A program made the translations under genes and the position numbers. A stretch of DNA of 64,000 bases from Lepidodermella squamata. Its lineage: Eukaryota; Animalia; Gastrotricha. The stretch spans positions 744,001 to 808,000 of the forward strand of contig JBLDXI010000009.1 in NCBI GenBank assembly GCA_047495785.1, written 5' to 3'. Under the pieces are notes generated by a model. The model was not told the origin of the DNA, ran no database searches, and saw nothing but the letters and a program-made list of their open reading frames with translations. Below are positions 28,860-41,439 of this stretch, piece by piece (positions within the stretch are counted from its first letter, which is position 1; every line of letters begins with the position of its first letter).

Positions 28860-29065
28860 GGTCCCGCCATTGGTTAATAAGCAATACATACTAGCTTCAT
28901 CCATGTCTCTTCTTATTGAAATAATAAAGCAATTAAATGACGTTGTGCAGGAGTTATGGCATGTGCCATGGCTCATAAACTACATCTACTGCTTTCTTAT
29001 TGGTTGACGCGCACAAGCAACCGACCAATAGGAACGCGCGCGCAGCCAGAGCTTTAAAACTCACG
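28860..29065 (+). promoter_or_regulatory. Putative conventional Pol II promoter of the T-box gene
   Basis: ATTGG/CCAAT boxes near 28869, 28998 and 29024, a CG-rich run, and TATA-like TTTAAAA at 29053, about 120 nt upstream of ATG 29175. Confidence 0.4.
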
Positions 29066-29174
29066 CATGCTTGATAGAATTCATTTGTGTCAAATATCTC
29101 ACGTTTTTAGGCAATTTTCACCCTTTCTGTTTATTGCATAAAACTTGTTACATAAGTTTCTGTGCCGACTTACC

Positions 29175-31790
29175 ATGTTCGATGATCCGTCATTTTTGAC
29201 AACAATGAGCCAAGCCGCGGCCGTTCGCAGTCTGCTCCCGTTAGCTGCGTTTCGCAGCGCCCAGCAGCAGCAGCAGGACATGATGCTGACTCAGTTGACA
29301 GGTTCGAGACAGGCGCTAATTTTTTATCAAATATTAATTGCCTTGTTGATTTTTTCAGCGCAACACTCAGCCGCCGCCTTCTCTTCGATTCTCGGCGCTG
29401 CAGCAACGCAGCACCACTACCCCGTTTCGTCGATGGCGCCTCCGTCGAGCGGCCGCATGTCGACGCAGTGTTCATCGTTTGCCGATAATCAAACATCATT
29501 CATGTCTGCCAACGGTGTATCATCTCAGCAAACCGATCAACTTTCGTCATTCATGCAGCCTGGTGGTGTTTCGAACAACTTTTCATTCCCAACACCGTCA
29601 TCTTACCCGTCATCAGCACCGTCAAGCAAGCTGGCGTCTTACAGCCTGATCGGAGAGTACGGCAGCGGGATGACCGGAATCGGCGAATCGCAACTCTGCT
29701 CGCCAACTTTTGACGATCCTCAATGTTTCAGACAGTCGTCTGTTCGAGCAAGTAGCGGCGGCCGTAGCGGTTTAGCGGGTACCAATTCGAATTACCAGGC
29801 TAACCTGTTATCTTCCTACCTGGTACCGCCTTGTGAAACCTACTCTACGCCGTCTCTGGCATCAACAGCGAATGATAACGCCAACAACAGCAAACCACGA
29901 TCGATACAAGCTGGCGGATCAAGTTCGTCGAACAATCGCCAATCGGGCAATTCATCTGGCAGCAGCTCTAACAACGGCGGCAACAGATCGTCGCGAAAGC
30001 TAGAAAACAGCGATTCGACTGCTAAATTGGCTTCGTCGTTCGCTTGTCAAGCGCCGCCTCCACAACAGCTGAACAGCGAGCAAGCCCTCAACGGCGGTTC
30101 GAACGGCTCGTCTAACGTCAAGGTGTTTCTCGAGAACGCGTCAATGTGGAAAAAGTTCAGCAGCATCGGCACTGAGATGATAATTACCAAGTCTGGTCGG
30201 CGCATGTTTCCTACGCTGCGCTACACGATTTGCGGACTCGATCCGCAGGCCAAATACATCTGCCTAGCCGATGTCGTTCCTCGCGATGAATGTCGCTACA
30301 AGGTTTGCGCTAATTAGGATAGCATCATTATTTTAAATTAATTCAATTTTTTTGTTATAGTACCACAACAGCGAGTGGGTGGTCACTGGGAAGGCGGAAC
30401 CTCACGTTCCAGGTCGTATCTACATTCACCCTGATTCACCTGCCTCAGGTACGTTGAATTCCGTCGCTATTATCAGTATCAATTTTTTCTCCTATTTCAA
30501 ATTCTAGGTAGTCACTGGATGAAGTCACCCGTGTCGTTCCATAAAATGAAGCTGACGAATAACAATCTCGACCAAAACGGCCATGTAGGTTTATATCGGT
30601 GACTTTTTTAATTTGCTTCATCTGTTGTTGTTTTTTAGATTATTCTAAATTCTATGCACAAGTATATTCCGCGCCTACACATTGTTCAAGCCAGCGACGT
30701 TTTCGCCATGGCGTGGACCGCGTTCACGACGTTCAGTTTTCCTGAAACGACTTTCATCGCTGTAACCGCTTATCAAAATGAGCAAATCACGCAGCTCAAA
30801 ATCGATCACAATCCATTTGTAAGTCATTTTCATTTTTTTACTCCCTGTATTGAATGTATTGTAATTATGTTATAGGCCAAAGGCTTTCGAGAAACCACCA
30901 ACTCCTACTGCAATATTGCAACCGCCAGTCATATGCGCCCGGCCAATGCGGGGTGAGTGTTTTAGTTAAATTTAGGTGTTCTTCTCTGTTTTTTTCATCC
31001 CTTATTCTTGTTCTAATTATTTTCCTGTTCTAATTATTTTTATGTCTAAATTTTCAGAGATGGTTTGAGTTCCTCAGCCGCTGTCGGAAACTTTCTGCAC
31101 ATGCAACACTCGATGACAGCGCCCGTGTCGTACCATCATCCGTCAGCCCTGCCGTCGCTTGGTCTCGACCACAACCCGTCTGCCGCTTTTTTCGCCAACA
31201 ACGCAATGATGGGACCACCCATGTCGCTACAACAACAGCAACCGCCTCTCGTCATTCAATCTCACCACTCATCTCTTCAGCAACAGCAGCAAATTAGCCA
31301 GTCGCTCAAGCGTCCGTACTTCGCGACTGGTGGCGACGTGAGCGGTATGATGATGTCGGGCAGCAACAAATCCGGGTCGGCACTCATCGAAGAAGCGGCG
31401 TCGGATCTGCTTTCAAACGTCACGAATAGCAGCAACGCCGGTGATTCACCGTCTGACATAGTCGGCCCAACATGTCGAAAGGTGCCACGCGCTAACAACG
31501 ACTCGGCACTTTCCACGTCATCTTCGTCGTCATCCTCCACTAATCAACAACCGCCTCAGCAGCCGTCGACGCCCGCCGGAATAAAAACCGCTTCGTCCTC
31601 TGCCGCTAACAACGGCGGGTCGCCATCGCTATCTAATCTCGATGCTTCTATGCTAGGCAAGTCATCTTTTATGGGTCAAACGCAGTCGCAGATGATCAGT
31701 GGCACCAACAGTCCCGGCCTCAACTTCGTCACTTCACCGCCGCCCAGCAGCAGTTCGTCACTCGTGCCTCGGCCTGGTCAGAACAGTTGA
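29175..31790 (+). CDS. T-box transcription factor, most similar by eye to the Tbx6/16 class, multi-exon
   Basis: [90 protein letters not shown]; Ser/Gln-rich flanks. Subfamily uncertain. Confidence 0.9.
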
Positions 31791-33485
31791 CGCGAAATGA
31801 CCCACGGAAAGTATTTTTATTTCCTCGTATAAGTATTTCGCCTTTTAGCGACTTCGTGAACAAAATCAATTCTCATCTCATCTATATTATCTCATGCTTT
31901 GTGACGATGATGTTAATTTTGTACATTGTTTAGTCGGGTTCGTAATGCTTTCACTCAAACGGCCAGTAACAGCGCACCTTACGCACCGTTTTTGAGTGTA
32001 TTCTTGGCCGATCCTGGTTTCAGCCATCGCATCAATTTTGTAATCAATTTTACTGCATGTTTAATGCAAAAATACAGCTATATAATTTGACATTACATGA
32101 AATAAAAGTACTATTAGCTGAAATTCTGATTTGTTGTTCATCGGTGTCAAATATCTTATTACAGCTCAGAAATGGAACAAATTCTATAGATATGCGCCAA
32201 TAAAATTAACATGCGCGCATCAAGATGAAATCAAGATGAAATCAAGATGACACATAAGTTGTCGACTTTTGGCTACTGAACATCTGTTCTCTTGGGGCCA
32301 TTGAGAAGTGACAAAATGTAGATTGAACACACCCGTGCTGCTCGTGCCTGAACCTCTTACGGCGTTATCGCGCCTCTGGAAGGTGTCGATTTCATCAAGT
32401 TCATCACGCGGTCGAGCCGATATGAATATGGTATGAAAATAATAAGCCAACAAATGCTGTGCTTGACGATTCGCGCTGCTCTAAACCATGTTAAGGCCTT
32501 TGTGAAAGGTGTGGAAGCCGTTCTCTATGCCTCTGGGTCCCATGGCGCCGGATGCAATAAAACACAGATTGCCGGAGGCGCCTACGACAAGTGATAACAA
32601 CAACAGTCGCGGCTTAATTTTGATAATAGGATGTAAACAGATGATCCACTGTCGCTGCGCCAAAGCGTACGCAGCGTATTTGGGAAAAGAATACACAATG
32701 GTTATTTTGCTAATGATACAAGTTCCCGTATGTACGAACTAAAACGCATCTTTTGTTAAGCCAGCCGTAGTTCATGGCATTAGCAGCGGCGCCTTTTGAT
32801 CTCCGTTGTTACGAAAGGTATCGAGAATCGTGTCGTAGCACCTCTAACATGAATCGCTCAGAACATTGTATATAGAAGCCAGCGATGATAAAACAATGTT
32901 GATGACGGAACCTGCTATTAAAATGTTTTTATAAAGAATGCTGAGCTCCCGTGCCCGAGCTTTTATGCGAAATTTATTACCGCTGGCTTTCGAATTCAGT
33001 ATTACGATGGCATGTACACTTTTATTGCCGACAAGTTCTATAGCCGCCTGACTAAATTGAAAAACACGTTACCCGAGCTTTCATTAAATTTTACAACACT
33101 CTTACTCGGGTGCTGCGTGTAATTAAGCACGCTATAGCACGCCTCAGTGAATTGCTACAAATTGATGCAAGGTGTCACGCGCGAACAAAGTGTTGAAAAT
33201 GTGTATTCTTTTATTTATTTCACATAGATAATTGCTTTAGTTAACATGCCAATAGCATGATGGGAAGCACCAGACAGGTGCGACGTATCTCGTTAGATGA
33301 CAACCCAACGCATACATCATTCACAAAATCAGCAGCACACCCACACCTTTCTTCCACCTCATCGTCAAAAACCCAACAACAACATGTATAGCTAAAATAA
33401 TCGAAGAATCAACGTGAGCACAAGGATTTTCTTCCTCCGACTATATTGTTTTGATATAGACTCGTAAAATGCACCGACTGAATAA

Positions 33486-36400
33486 TTATTGTGCACTGGA
33501 TTCAGATTTCTTTGATTTTTTCACAGAGCCAACTGGTTTCGAAGACGACTCTGCTTGGTTTTCTAGCGATCTTTTTTGACCAGAAGGACCATTTTCAACT
33601 TTTTGAGCTGGGTTTACGCGTTCATCATTCACAGTTTTCTTCTGATTCGGTTTCTTGAGCACTTTCAAGGCGGCGTTGCAAGCTGCTCGCACATCAGCCA
33701 TTTTCTTCCCGAGTGATTTGTCGCGAATTAATTCGATGTGGACAGCCAAATGAGCAAATGTGTCTATTTTCACGCTTCTTTCATCTTTGCTGGCACCAGT
33801 TACTGACGCGTAGACATGTCTCTTCACCAAATCGACAACATTTCGGTACAGCCAAGGCTGGGGTGTCGATTTGCTGAAAACGGTTTTTTAGTAACAAATA
33901 TGAGTATATTGAGTAATAAATCACCTTATGTCTTTGCTGTCCTCTTCATCCTCATCCGATGGACCAGCTCCCTTCAACTCCTCGGCAAACGATTGTAAAA
34001 GGTCCCCTAGAACTTCACCAAGCTTCGCGCCAATTTTCGGCTGCGCTTTGTAAGCGGTCGGAGTGATAAGTAGCGAAGAGCCCAGCAGCCGAGCAGCTTG
34101 TGAACGAGGGAAAGTTTTCGCTTTGTTTTGAGCTTTGTTGTCTCCTTCGTCTTGTTTCACATCTGATTTGGCGTCTTTCCCGACCAAACATTGCAACAAA
34201 CGGTCGAAGAAGATACCTTCCATTCGTGACAACGGGATGCGGGTCGATGACAGTAGATGCGAGAAGAAAACGTGGCCGTGAGGAGTAGGATGGGCCAAGT
34301 GATTATCAAGGGCAGTCTGAATAAAACAATAAGATAAGTCATAATAAAGAGTATCAATCAGCATTAAATGCATAGGCCTTGAATGTACTAGCAAATCTGG
34401 GTACATTTCCGGGAAATCAGGTTTTTTGATTTTCATATTTTGAACTCAGCTTAATAGTCTTCATACTATAAAATCTTCATACCTTAAGCGATGCAGCAAT
34501 TGTCTTTGATAAGACGACGGACGATTCATTCGATGATGAGCATAGTAGGAGTAGTTCGACAGTGAGCGCTGCAGTCTCTAGCTTGAGTTGGCTAGATGAT
34601 GGACTTTTAACCATTCGGGTTGCCGCGTCCAAAATCATTTCGCAGTGTCCAGAAAGGGCCGCAGCGACCGAATCGAGAATGCCCGCTTCGATAGCTTTTG
34701 TCTGACGCCAAGGAGCTAAAGCTTTCCTGACCAGCTCGCAGAAGCGGGCCTCAATCGAAAAACTGCAAGTTCTCTTTTTGCTGGCCAGTGTATTCAGCAA
34801 CACGGCAACAATTTCCACCAACAGTTTCTTACCGTCAACAGCTTCGCCGTCAGCCATATCATGTGCCTTTTGGACCAGCATGTCGAGCCAGCTGACCAGT
34901 TTCATGTGAAATTCCTGCATCTGCAGTTGCTGCATCTTCTTCTCGCGTTTCGCCCGCTTGGCAGGGCTGCCACCCGCAGTTGCAGATTTGAAAGCTGCAG
35001 CCAGGACGCTGTCAATCTTGAACATGTCCTCATCGTTCATTACGACAGAATCAGCGGAAGACGCCTTGTCATCGTCATCATCTTCATCCTTCAACACAGC
35101 AGGCGCTGTCGAAGACACAATGTGACCAGAAGAGGTCCGCTTGCGCTTAATTTTCGGCTTTTTCGCAGATTTATCTTCATCAACTTTCTCATTCGATTCA
35201 TCAGCCTCACTTTCGCTGCTGTTGCTATCGTCATCTTCACTCTCATCACTTCCATCGACTTCTTCATCATCTCCGCCATCTTGAGCATCCTCAACGAACT
35301 GAGTATTCAGTAAAGCGTTGACTATCAGATCAACAAGAGAAGAAGCCTGCGCTTCGCTGTCAGCATTTGTGGACGTGGTCAGCAGGGACAGGAGTCGTTG
35401 ATTTGAAATCAACTTTGCAAACATGCTGGTCGTGAGGTTTCGAACAGGGCGAGACTTCCTACTCAACAAGCCGATCAGCATGTCAACAAAAACACGAGCC
35501 GGCTCTTCTTCAGCACTCTCATCAGCCTGGCTCTTGGCGACCGATGAAAACAGCTCGCTTATCTCATTAGCCAACTGAACGATTTCCGAGTCTTTGGGGT
35601 TACAAACAAGCAGAAAAGCAACATGACAGCCGAACAACTTTAGTAACTCAAGTACAGTCCCATGCTGAGCTTTCTTCTTCGAAATCTTTACTAGCGAAGC
35701 AAATGCTTCCTTTGCATCACCAATTAGGGGTTCGATCATCAGGCAATCTTTGCCAAGCTCATCGTCTTCGGCAATACGACTCTTAAGAGAACTCAGGGTC
35801 GATTTCAATAGCACGATACATTCCGATGGGTCAGCCAAGTGTTTGGCAGAACCCGAAGTTGCAGAGCTAACTGCACGCATGACAATATTGACAGCTTGTT
35901 CACGGGGAAACAGGCCGATTTTCTGACCCTTTGGAAGGCTCATTTCAGGATTTTCGGTATTCGCTGTTTCATTCTCCGCAGTCAATTGCTTATCAACAAA
36001 GAGGCAAGAATCGGCAATCGTAGTCAATGTCGAAACAACCTCATCACTACTAATCGCCGGTGAGCAAAGGGCCAGCGTGCCAGCCAAATGCATAATGCTC
36101 CAACGTCTGGCTGCCAGCGCTGATGTGTTGTCTTCCCAACGATGGCTTTCTATCTCGTTGTCATCTTCGCTTTTGTCGTAGTTGTAGTTAAACTGGAAAG
36201 AGCTAGTCAGAGAAATAGAGCGGAAGATTTCAGACATGGAAGCAGCGGCTGATGGGGGCATTGCGTGCAGCAGCTTTTCAAACTGAGTCGGAAATTCATT
36301 CCAAGTTCGGGTCGGCGGACGTAAGAAGCACGCCAGAACGTGTACGAAGTATTCATCGCCAGCAGTTTCGACGTCAGACTGCGTTTTCTTCGAGCTGAAA

Positions 36401-37661
36401 CTGGCAATCAACTCTTCGAAAAACATCAAAATAGCTCCATGTTCATGGCTATGTTGGCGGCGCAATCCTTGAGATAACATCTCAATCATTTGACTGGAAA
36501 GTACCAGCGGAACCAAACTAGGTGCGGCCCGAAGAAGCCTGGTTAAGGCAACCAGAGACAGCTGAAGGGCGGCAGTTTTGTGTGTGAGTGGGGCACTCGG
36601 TAGTAGGAATCGCTCGTTCACAAGTTCCGACCAAAACTTGAAGAATCGTTTCATCATTTTCTTCTTCTGAATTTGCGACTCCATCATTTCGAGAATTTTA
36701 ACGGCGGCCAAGTGAACGAATGGCGTTTGCCGAGCCGAGACAATAACTGCAGCAACTTTGCTTGGATCCGAAAGAAGAGCGCTAACGAAAGACTGACGAT
36801 GCTGAGCAGACTCGGCAGGAAGCCAAGAACTTTCAACCCAAAAAGACGCCGGGGCGACAGGTTCGACTGCTAAGGCAAGCAATAACAAATCAGCGGCGTC
36901 TACGTCTGATGTTGAAGTCGGCCAGCCCGTCTTCAAAAGAGGTTTCACAACGGAAAATATCGCAGACTTGAAAGAACTAGCTGCGTCTGTATGGCTTAGC
37001 AAAGCATTGATAAGCTGACCCAAGATCGAACAAGCCATCTGAAAGGCAAATATGACACTGTAGGAAAAAGTGACAATAATTTTGATTCGAATTTACCTGT
37101 CGAAGTATGGGCTTAGATTTGAAAGCATCTACACATAGTGCAGCTAGCTTTGTAACGTCACTAGGACTAAGCGCGGAAATGTCATCGGTATTTATGCCTT
37201 TGGCAACCGATGCGACGAAGAACAACTGGCCTATGATTGTTTGCGTTTTGTCACCTTTGGCCATCTGACTGTTGGTCTTAAGAAATTGGCCACCAGAGAC
37301 CGGGTCGGAGAGTGACGCCATGGTTGACGACACAGAGACCATTTTCTGTGATAAACAATTAGCCAGGGCTGCAGCAAAGCCAACACGAGCCATTTTTCGG
37401 TTAGATGCAAGGCCGCGCACTAGTCGCTTGACTGCGTAGTTCGCATCATTCTGATCTGACGGATTATTCTTTTCCTTGAGATTGCAAGAATCATGAGAAA
37501 ATTCCAAGATGTTTATTTGAATCTACCTTGTTATTTTTAAAATGGGCCTCCAATTTTTCAGTTGCTGAGACACGCTGCTTTTGAGCGACTGCAGCGAGGT
37601 CTTCGAATATATTCATTGGAATCGACGATACCTCTCTCTTAGAGGATCCGGAATCAGTCAT
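33486..37661 (-). CDS. MYBBP1A: Myb-binding protein 1A / Pol5-like nucleolar protein, multi-exon
   Basis: YAVKRLVRGLASNRKMARVGFAAAL, VDMLIGLLSRKS, acidic tract then MNDEDMFKIDSVLAAAF, basic C-terminus. Confidence 0.88.
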
Positions 37662-37919
37662 TTTGGCAGTAAAGAATCTAGAGTGATATATAATGCGATT
37701 TACTGAGCACGCAACTCTGATAAATGATCTCTGATTCGAATTGAATATAACACAGAATTTAACACTGCCTATAATCGTAACAGCAATCCACTGGATTGTG
37801 GCGAAGCCTGTGTGATATAAAAGAGTTGCTGTCACATTGAAAACCGGTTGTGGCAAGCTTCTTTTGTGAATTGAACACAATGCAAAACGAATAGTCATTG
37901 AGTACAGGAATGACACAAT

Positions 37920-38391
37920 TTAACCGGAATTAGACGTCGGCTGCGAATCGCTGGCGTTTCCACGCATAACTTCGGGAAGTTCCGGAGGAGTTGAATAAGG
38001 TTCGATGACCAGATTTTCAAAGGCGCCATCAGCTGTTCAAAAATCTTCAATAATCTCTGAATAATTTATGTACTTATTTACCTTGACGGAAGGTTAATCC
38101 AAGCAGATAGGGCTCATGAGCAAGAGCTCGTTCTTTGGTGATGTTGTAATCGGTGAGAAGTTTCGTATCGTCCATGTCTTCTTTCTAGGAAAGAAAGCAC
38201 TGTGAAAAGGTAACCACAGGCAAATTCAGCTTTTAAACCTTTCCGAATGGGTCATTCCACAACTTGATGTTCTCGGCAGGCTGCTTGAGAACACCTACCA
38301 AAGCGTGTTTAACATCCAAAACCGTCGCGTTTTCTTTGAAGTCAAGCAAGATGGTGGTACGCTGGCGGCGAATCGTTAGAAAAACGTCCAT
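37920..38391 (-). CDS. ELOB: Elongin B, three exons
   Basis: MDVFLTIRRQRTTILLD.KE..TVLDVK ... FENLVIEPYSTPPELPEVM. Confidence 0.9.
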
Positions 38392-38550
38392 CTTTCAAAT
38401 CTGTAAATTTCTAGTAGAATATACAGAATTCAAGTGTAATTCAGGCGAATTTATTGCAAAAATACATACTACAATAAATAATCAAAGAGCACATAAAAAG
38501 TCATTAAGCGTAAGCGAATAATCGTAGGGAAACCAAATGAAATGCCAACA

Positions 38551-39141
38551 TTAAAGTAGCTGACCAGCAACGAGCTTTTCTTCCTTGAACCGACGAAGGT
38601 AATACAGCTTTTTTAGCTCCAGATAGCTTCTCAAAATTTCATCGATATCACTGGGCACAGATTGTCCTGAAATGAGTTGATTACTGACTGAGTCAGCCGA
38701 TTCCTCAGCTTCGGCAGCGGCTACCTTCAAGCTGGTCACCAGCCAGTCTTGAGAATATTCTCGCTTAGCACTTTCCAACTGATTAACAGAACTCTCTAAA
38801 GCACCACGAGCTAGATTCAATTTATCGACATGCTCCAACAAGCTTCCTTTGGCTTGTTCCAACGAATCACGGTAGTTCAAATTTTCTCGGGCCAATTTTA
38901 GGGCCAATTGCACAGCCTCAGCTCGCTCTCGTTTCAATCGTTCCAACTGAGGGTTCTTATCCACGATAGACTGTAATTTCGCATCCTTGTTAAGCATTTC
39001 GCGAAGTTCACTCTCAGATCTTTCCCGAAGTTCAGGAAAGGAATTTGGGATTTCCACGGTAGGCATAGCTGGGCGAGAAGGAACCGGAGGAGATGGCACT
39101 ACCGATCCTTTCGGAAGCAATGGATAAGGTAAACCGCTCAT
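38551..39141 (-). CDS. VPS37: ESCRT-I subunit VPS37 (Mod(r) domain, no UEV)
   Basis: IPNSFPELRERSESEL, LARENL, LKVAAAEAEESAD, YLELKKLYYLRRFKEEKL. Confidence 0.85.
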   Translation of the reverse strand: MSGLPYPLLPKGSVVPSPPVPSRPAMPTVEIPNSFPELRERSESELREMLNKDAKLQSIVDKNPQLERLKRERAEAVQLALKLARENLNYRDSLEQAKGSLLEHVDKLNLARGALESSVNQLESAKREYSQDWLVTSLKVAAAEAEESADSVSNQLISGQSVPSDIDEILRSYLELKKLYYLRRFKEEKLVAGQLL

Positions 39142-40512
39142 AGTATAATTATTTATTCTATAAAAGATAAAAAGATATGTCATAATCTGAATAAAAAGAG
39201 GCTTGTTGGCAACCGGGTTTATCACGGAAATTAATTTGTTCGCGCTTATTGCTATATTTTGTAATCATCAATAATCAATAAAGATAACTCTATACAATTT
39301 CGTGAAGAAAAATAGCAATGACTTTGTGCTTCCTGAATACGGAAGAGAATACCCCTTTAAGCCTAGGATGTCTTCAATCTCTCAAACAGGGCGTCGCTAA
39401 AATCTTTTCGGGTACTATATAATGCTCAGGACGAGACACTGTCTTCCCGTGCTACATTTTTATTACTTTTCATAATTACCGAATTCGTTGACCGTTGTTG
39501 CAATCAGATTTCTTCCAGACAGCATTGAGCTTAAAACTAATAATATGTATGCATGTTTACACTGGATTCGCTTTAAGGCGGTCTTCCATCCAACGGGCGC
39601 AGATGGGCGCGCCGATGTAAGGTGGCGAGTTACCTCTTCTATGCGTAGACAAAGTCGTCCTCTCGCTTTCGCTTTCTTTCGTCCTTTCGGTTTCAGCAAA
39701 GCTGAGATAGTGAGCTTGTCGAGGGATGAGGGATTTCAACCCCAGCAGAGCTGCTGAGCCTGGCTTTGTGATCGGCGATCGGAAAAGGTTTTGATGATCA
39801 TGTTTTTGACGAGGGCAAGTGCTTGAGAGTTCGATATTTCAGTGTTAGGTGCAGATGTGGAACAATAGAGTACGGAAATAAATTATAAAACTAGAGCTGG
39901 GATCTATTTGGTCCACTCAGACACCTGCTCGATGAAGAATTGCATTTTGCCCAAAGCGATTAAAATAATGCAAAATGCTGCTCCAAGTAAACGACATGGA
40001 GATAACCGTGAATTATAGAAAACAAAAACAGTGTGTTTCTTTCAGTGGCTGAGCAGAAAGCAGCGACCCAAACACCCAGCAGTCATCAGTCATTACTCCT
40101 CGATCTACTTTTCCCCTCTAACTCGACGTTCCCTTTTCGAAGACCTGATGAAGACCGCCGCCAGGTGGGGTGGCACGTGATTCAGATTTTGCTAAGTAAA
40201 AATAAAATTTATTAAAAATAATTACTCTCAGCAAAAGAAACCTTTCCTCTGACTAAATTTTATTTAATGTTAAAACCAGATAGGCCTTAATATCACACTT
40301 TGTTTTGTTTTGGCGCGCGCTTTTTGTATTTTTGTTTTCCCCATGATCTGTTCATACTTCGCGTTCATTTCGTTCTTGTTCACGTGAACTGTGAACCTTG
40401 AACTTCTTGTTTGACAGAAGATTGGTTCGCAATCAGAAATCAGAATCAAAGGCCGACATTTTAACTGTTTTCGTGATTGATACTTTATAGGTTTAGTTTA
40501 TTATCGTCGATA

Positions 40513-41439
40513 ATGGCTTGCACAAAGTTGGCTTGTCAGTCGATTGAACTATGGCGCAAAACAGACGCTGTTTGTTTCGACTTTGATTCGACGCTGGCGG
40601 TATGTTGGGAGAAAATGTGTCATTTTGAATGCGAATTTTGAATACCATTGTTCACATAGAGAGATGAATTCATTGATCAAATGGCGGAATACGTCGGGAA
40701 AGGCGATGAAGTCTCTGAAGTTACGAAGCTCGCCATGACTGGCGCTTTACCCTTTGAAGATGCATTAGATGCTCGATTGAAAACAATCAATATGTCGGAC
40801 GGCGACTTGAAAGCATTGATTGAAAGTAAACCAACGAGATTAAGCGATGGCGCTGAGGAACTAATTCAAGCCCTTCAACGCCGCAATATCGATGTTTATA
40901 TAGTTTCTGGATCTTTTACTCCGGCTGTTATTCCCATTTCCGATTATTTGGGTATCCCAGAGGTGAGGAATGAACGTTCCAAAAATCAAGGTAATTTGAA
41001 TATGTGATTTGATAGGAACATGTGTTCGCCAACGGTCTCATATTTGATTCCAATGGCCAGTATAATGGCTTCGACCGTGAACGCCCGACATCTCGTAAAG
41101 GGGGGAAACGTATTATTGTTGAAATGCTCAAGCAAAAGTTCAATTACAAATGTCTAACTTTCATCGGAGACGGGGCTACTGATTTGGAGACGTATGACCC
41201 ACCTCGTGCCAGTGATCTTTTCATTGGATTTGGTAAGTGCAGATTTTAATGTTATACCCAAGTTAAATTGAGAAATAATTGTGAGTGTAGGAGGCAACGT
41301 TTCTCGCGACGTTATACGAAAAAGCGCTCCACTTTTTGTTGATTCGTTTCATCAGCTTGTCGAGTGGCTGAACCCACTGGAAGGTAGCTGTACATGCGGT
41401 TCTGAAACTCCCTCGGCTAAAACCATTCCGCGAAATTGA
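40513..41439 (+). CDS. PSPH: Phosphoserine phosphatase (HAD), multi-exon
   Basis: DAVCFDFDSTL, AMTGALPFEDALDARL, IVSGSF, FIGDGATDLE, FIGFGGNV. Confidence 0.93.

Noticed and set aside
34320-34480. Box C/D snoRNA in the longer MYBBP1A intron
   Set aside because: Only a degenerate box C (ATGAAGA), with no terminal stem or recognisable rRNA guide.
39463-39801. Minus-strand frame with C-W-G-TGA (CxxU selenoprotein-like; the +1 frame EIPHP also resembles the antizyme DAPHP)
   Set aside because: No thioredoxin-like context, no canonical SECIS downstream, and the +1 frame stops after 14 codons.
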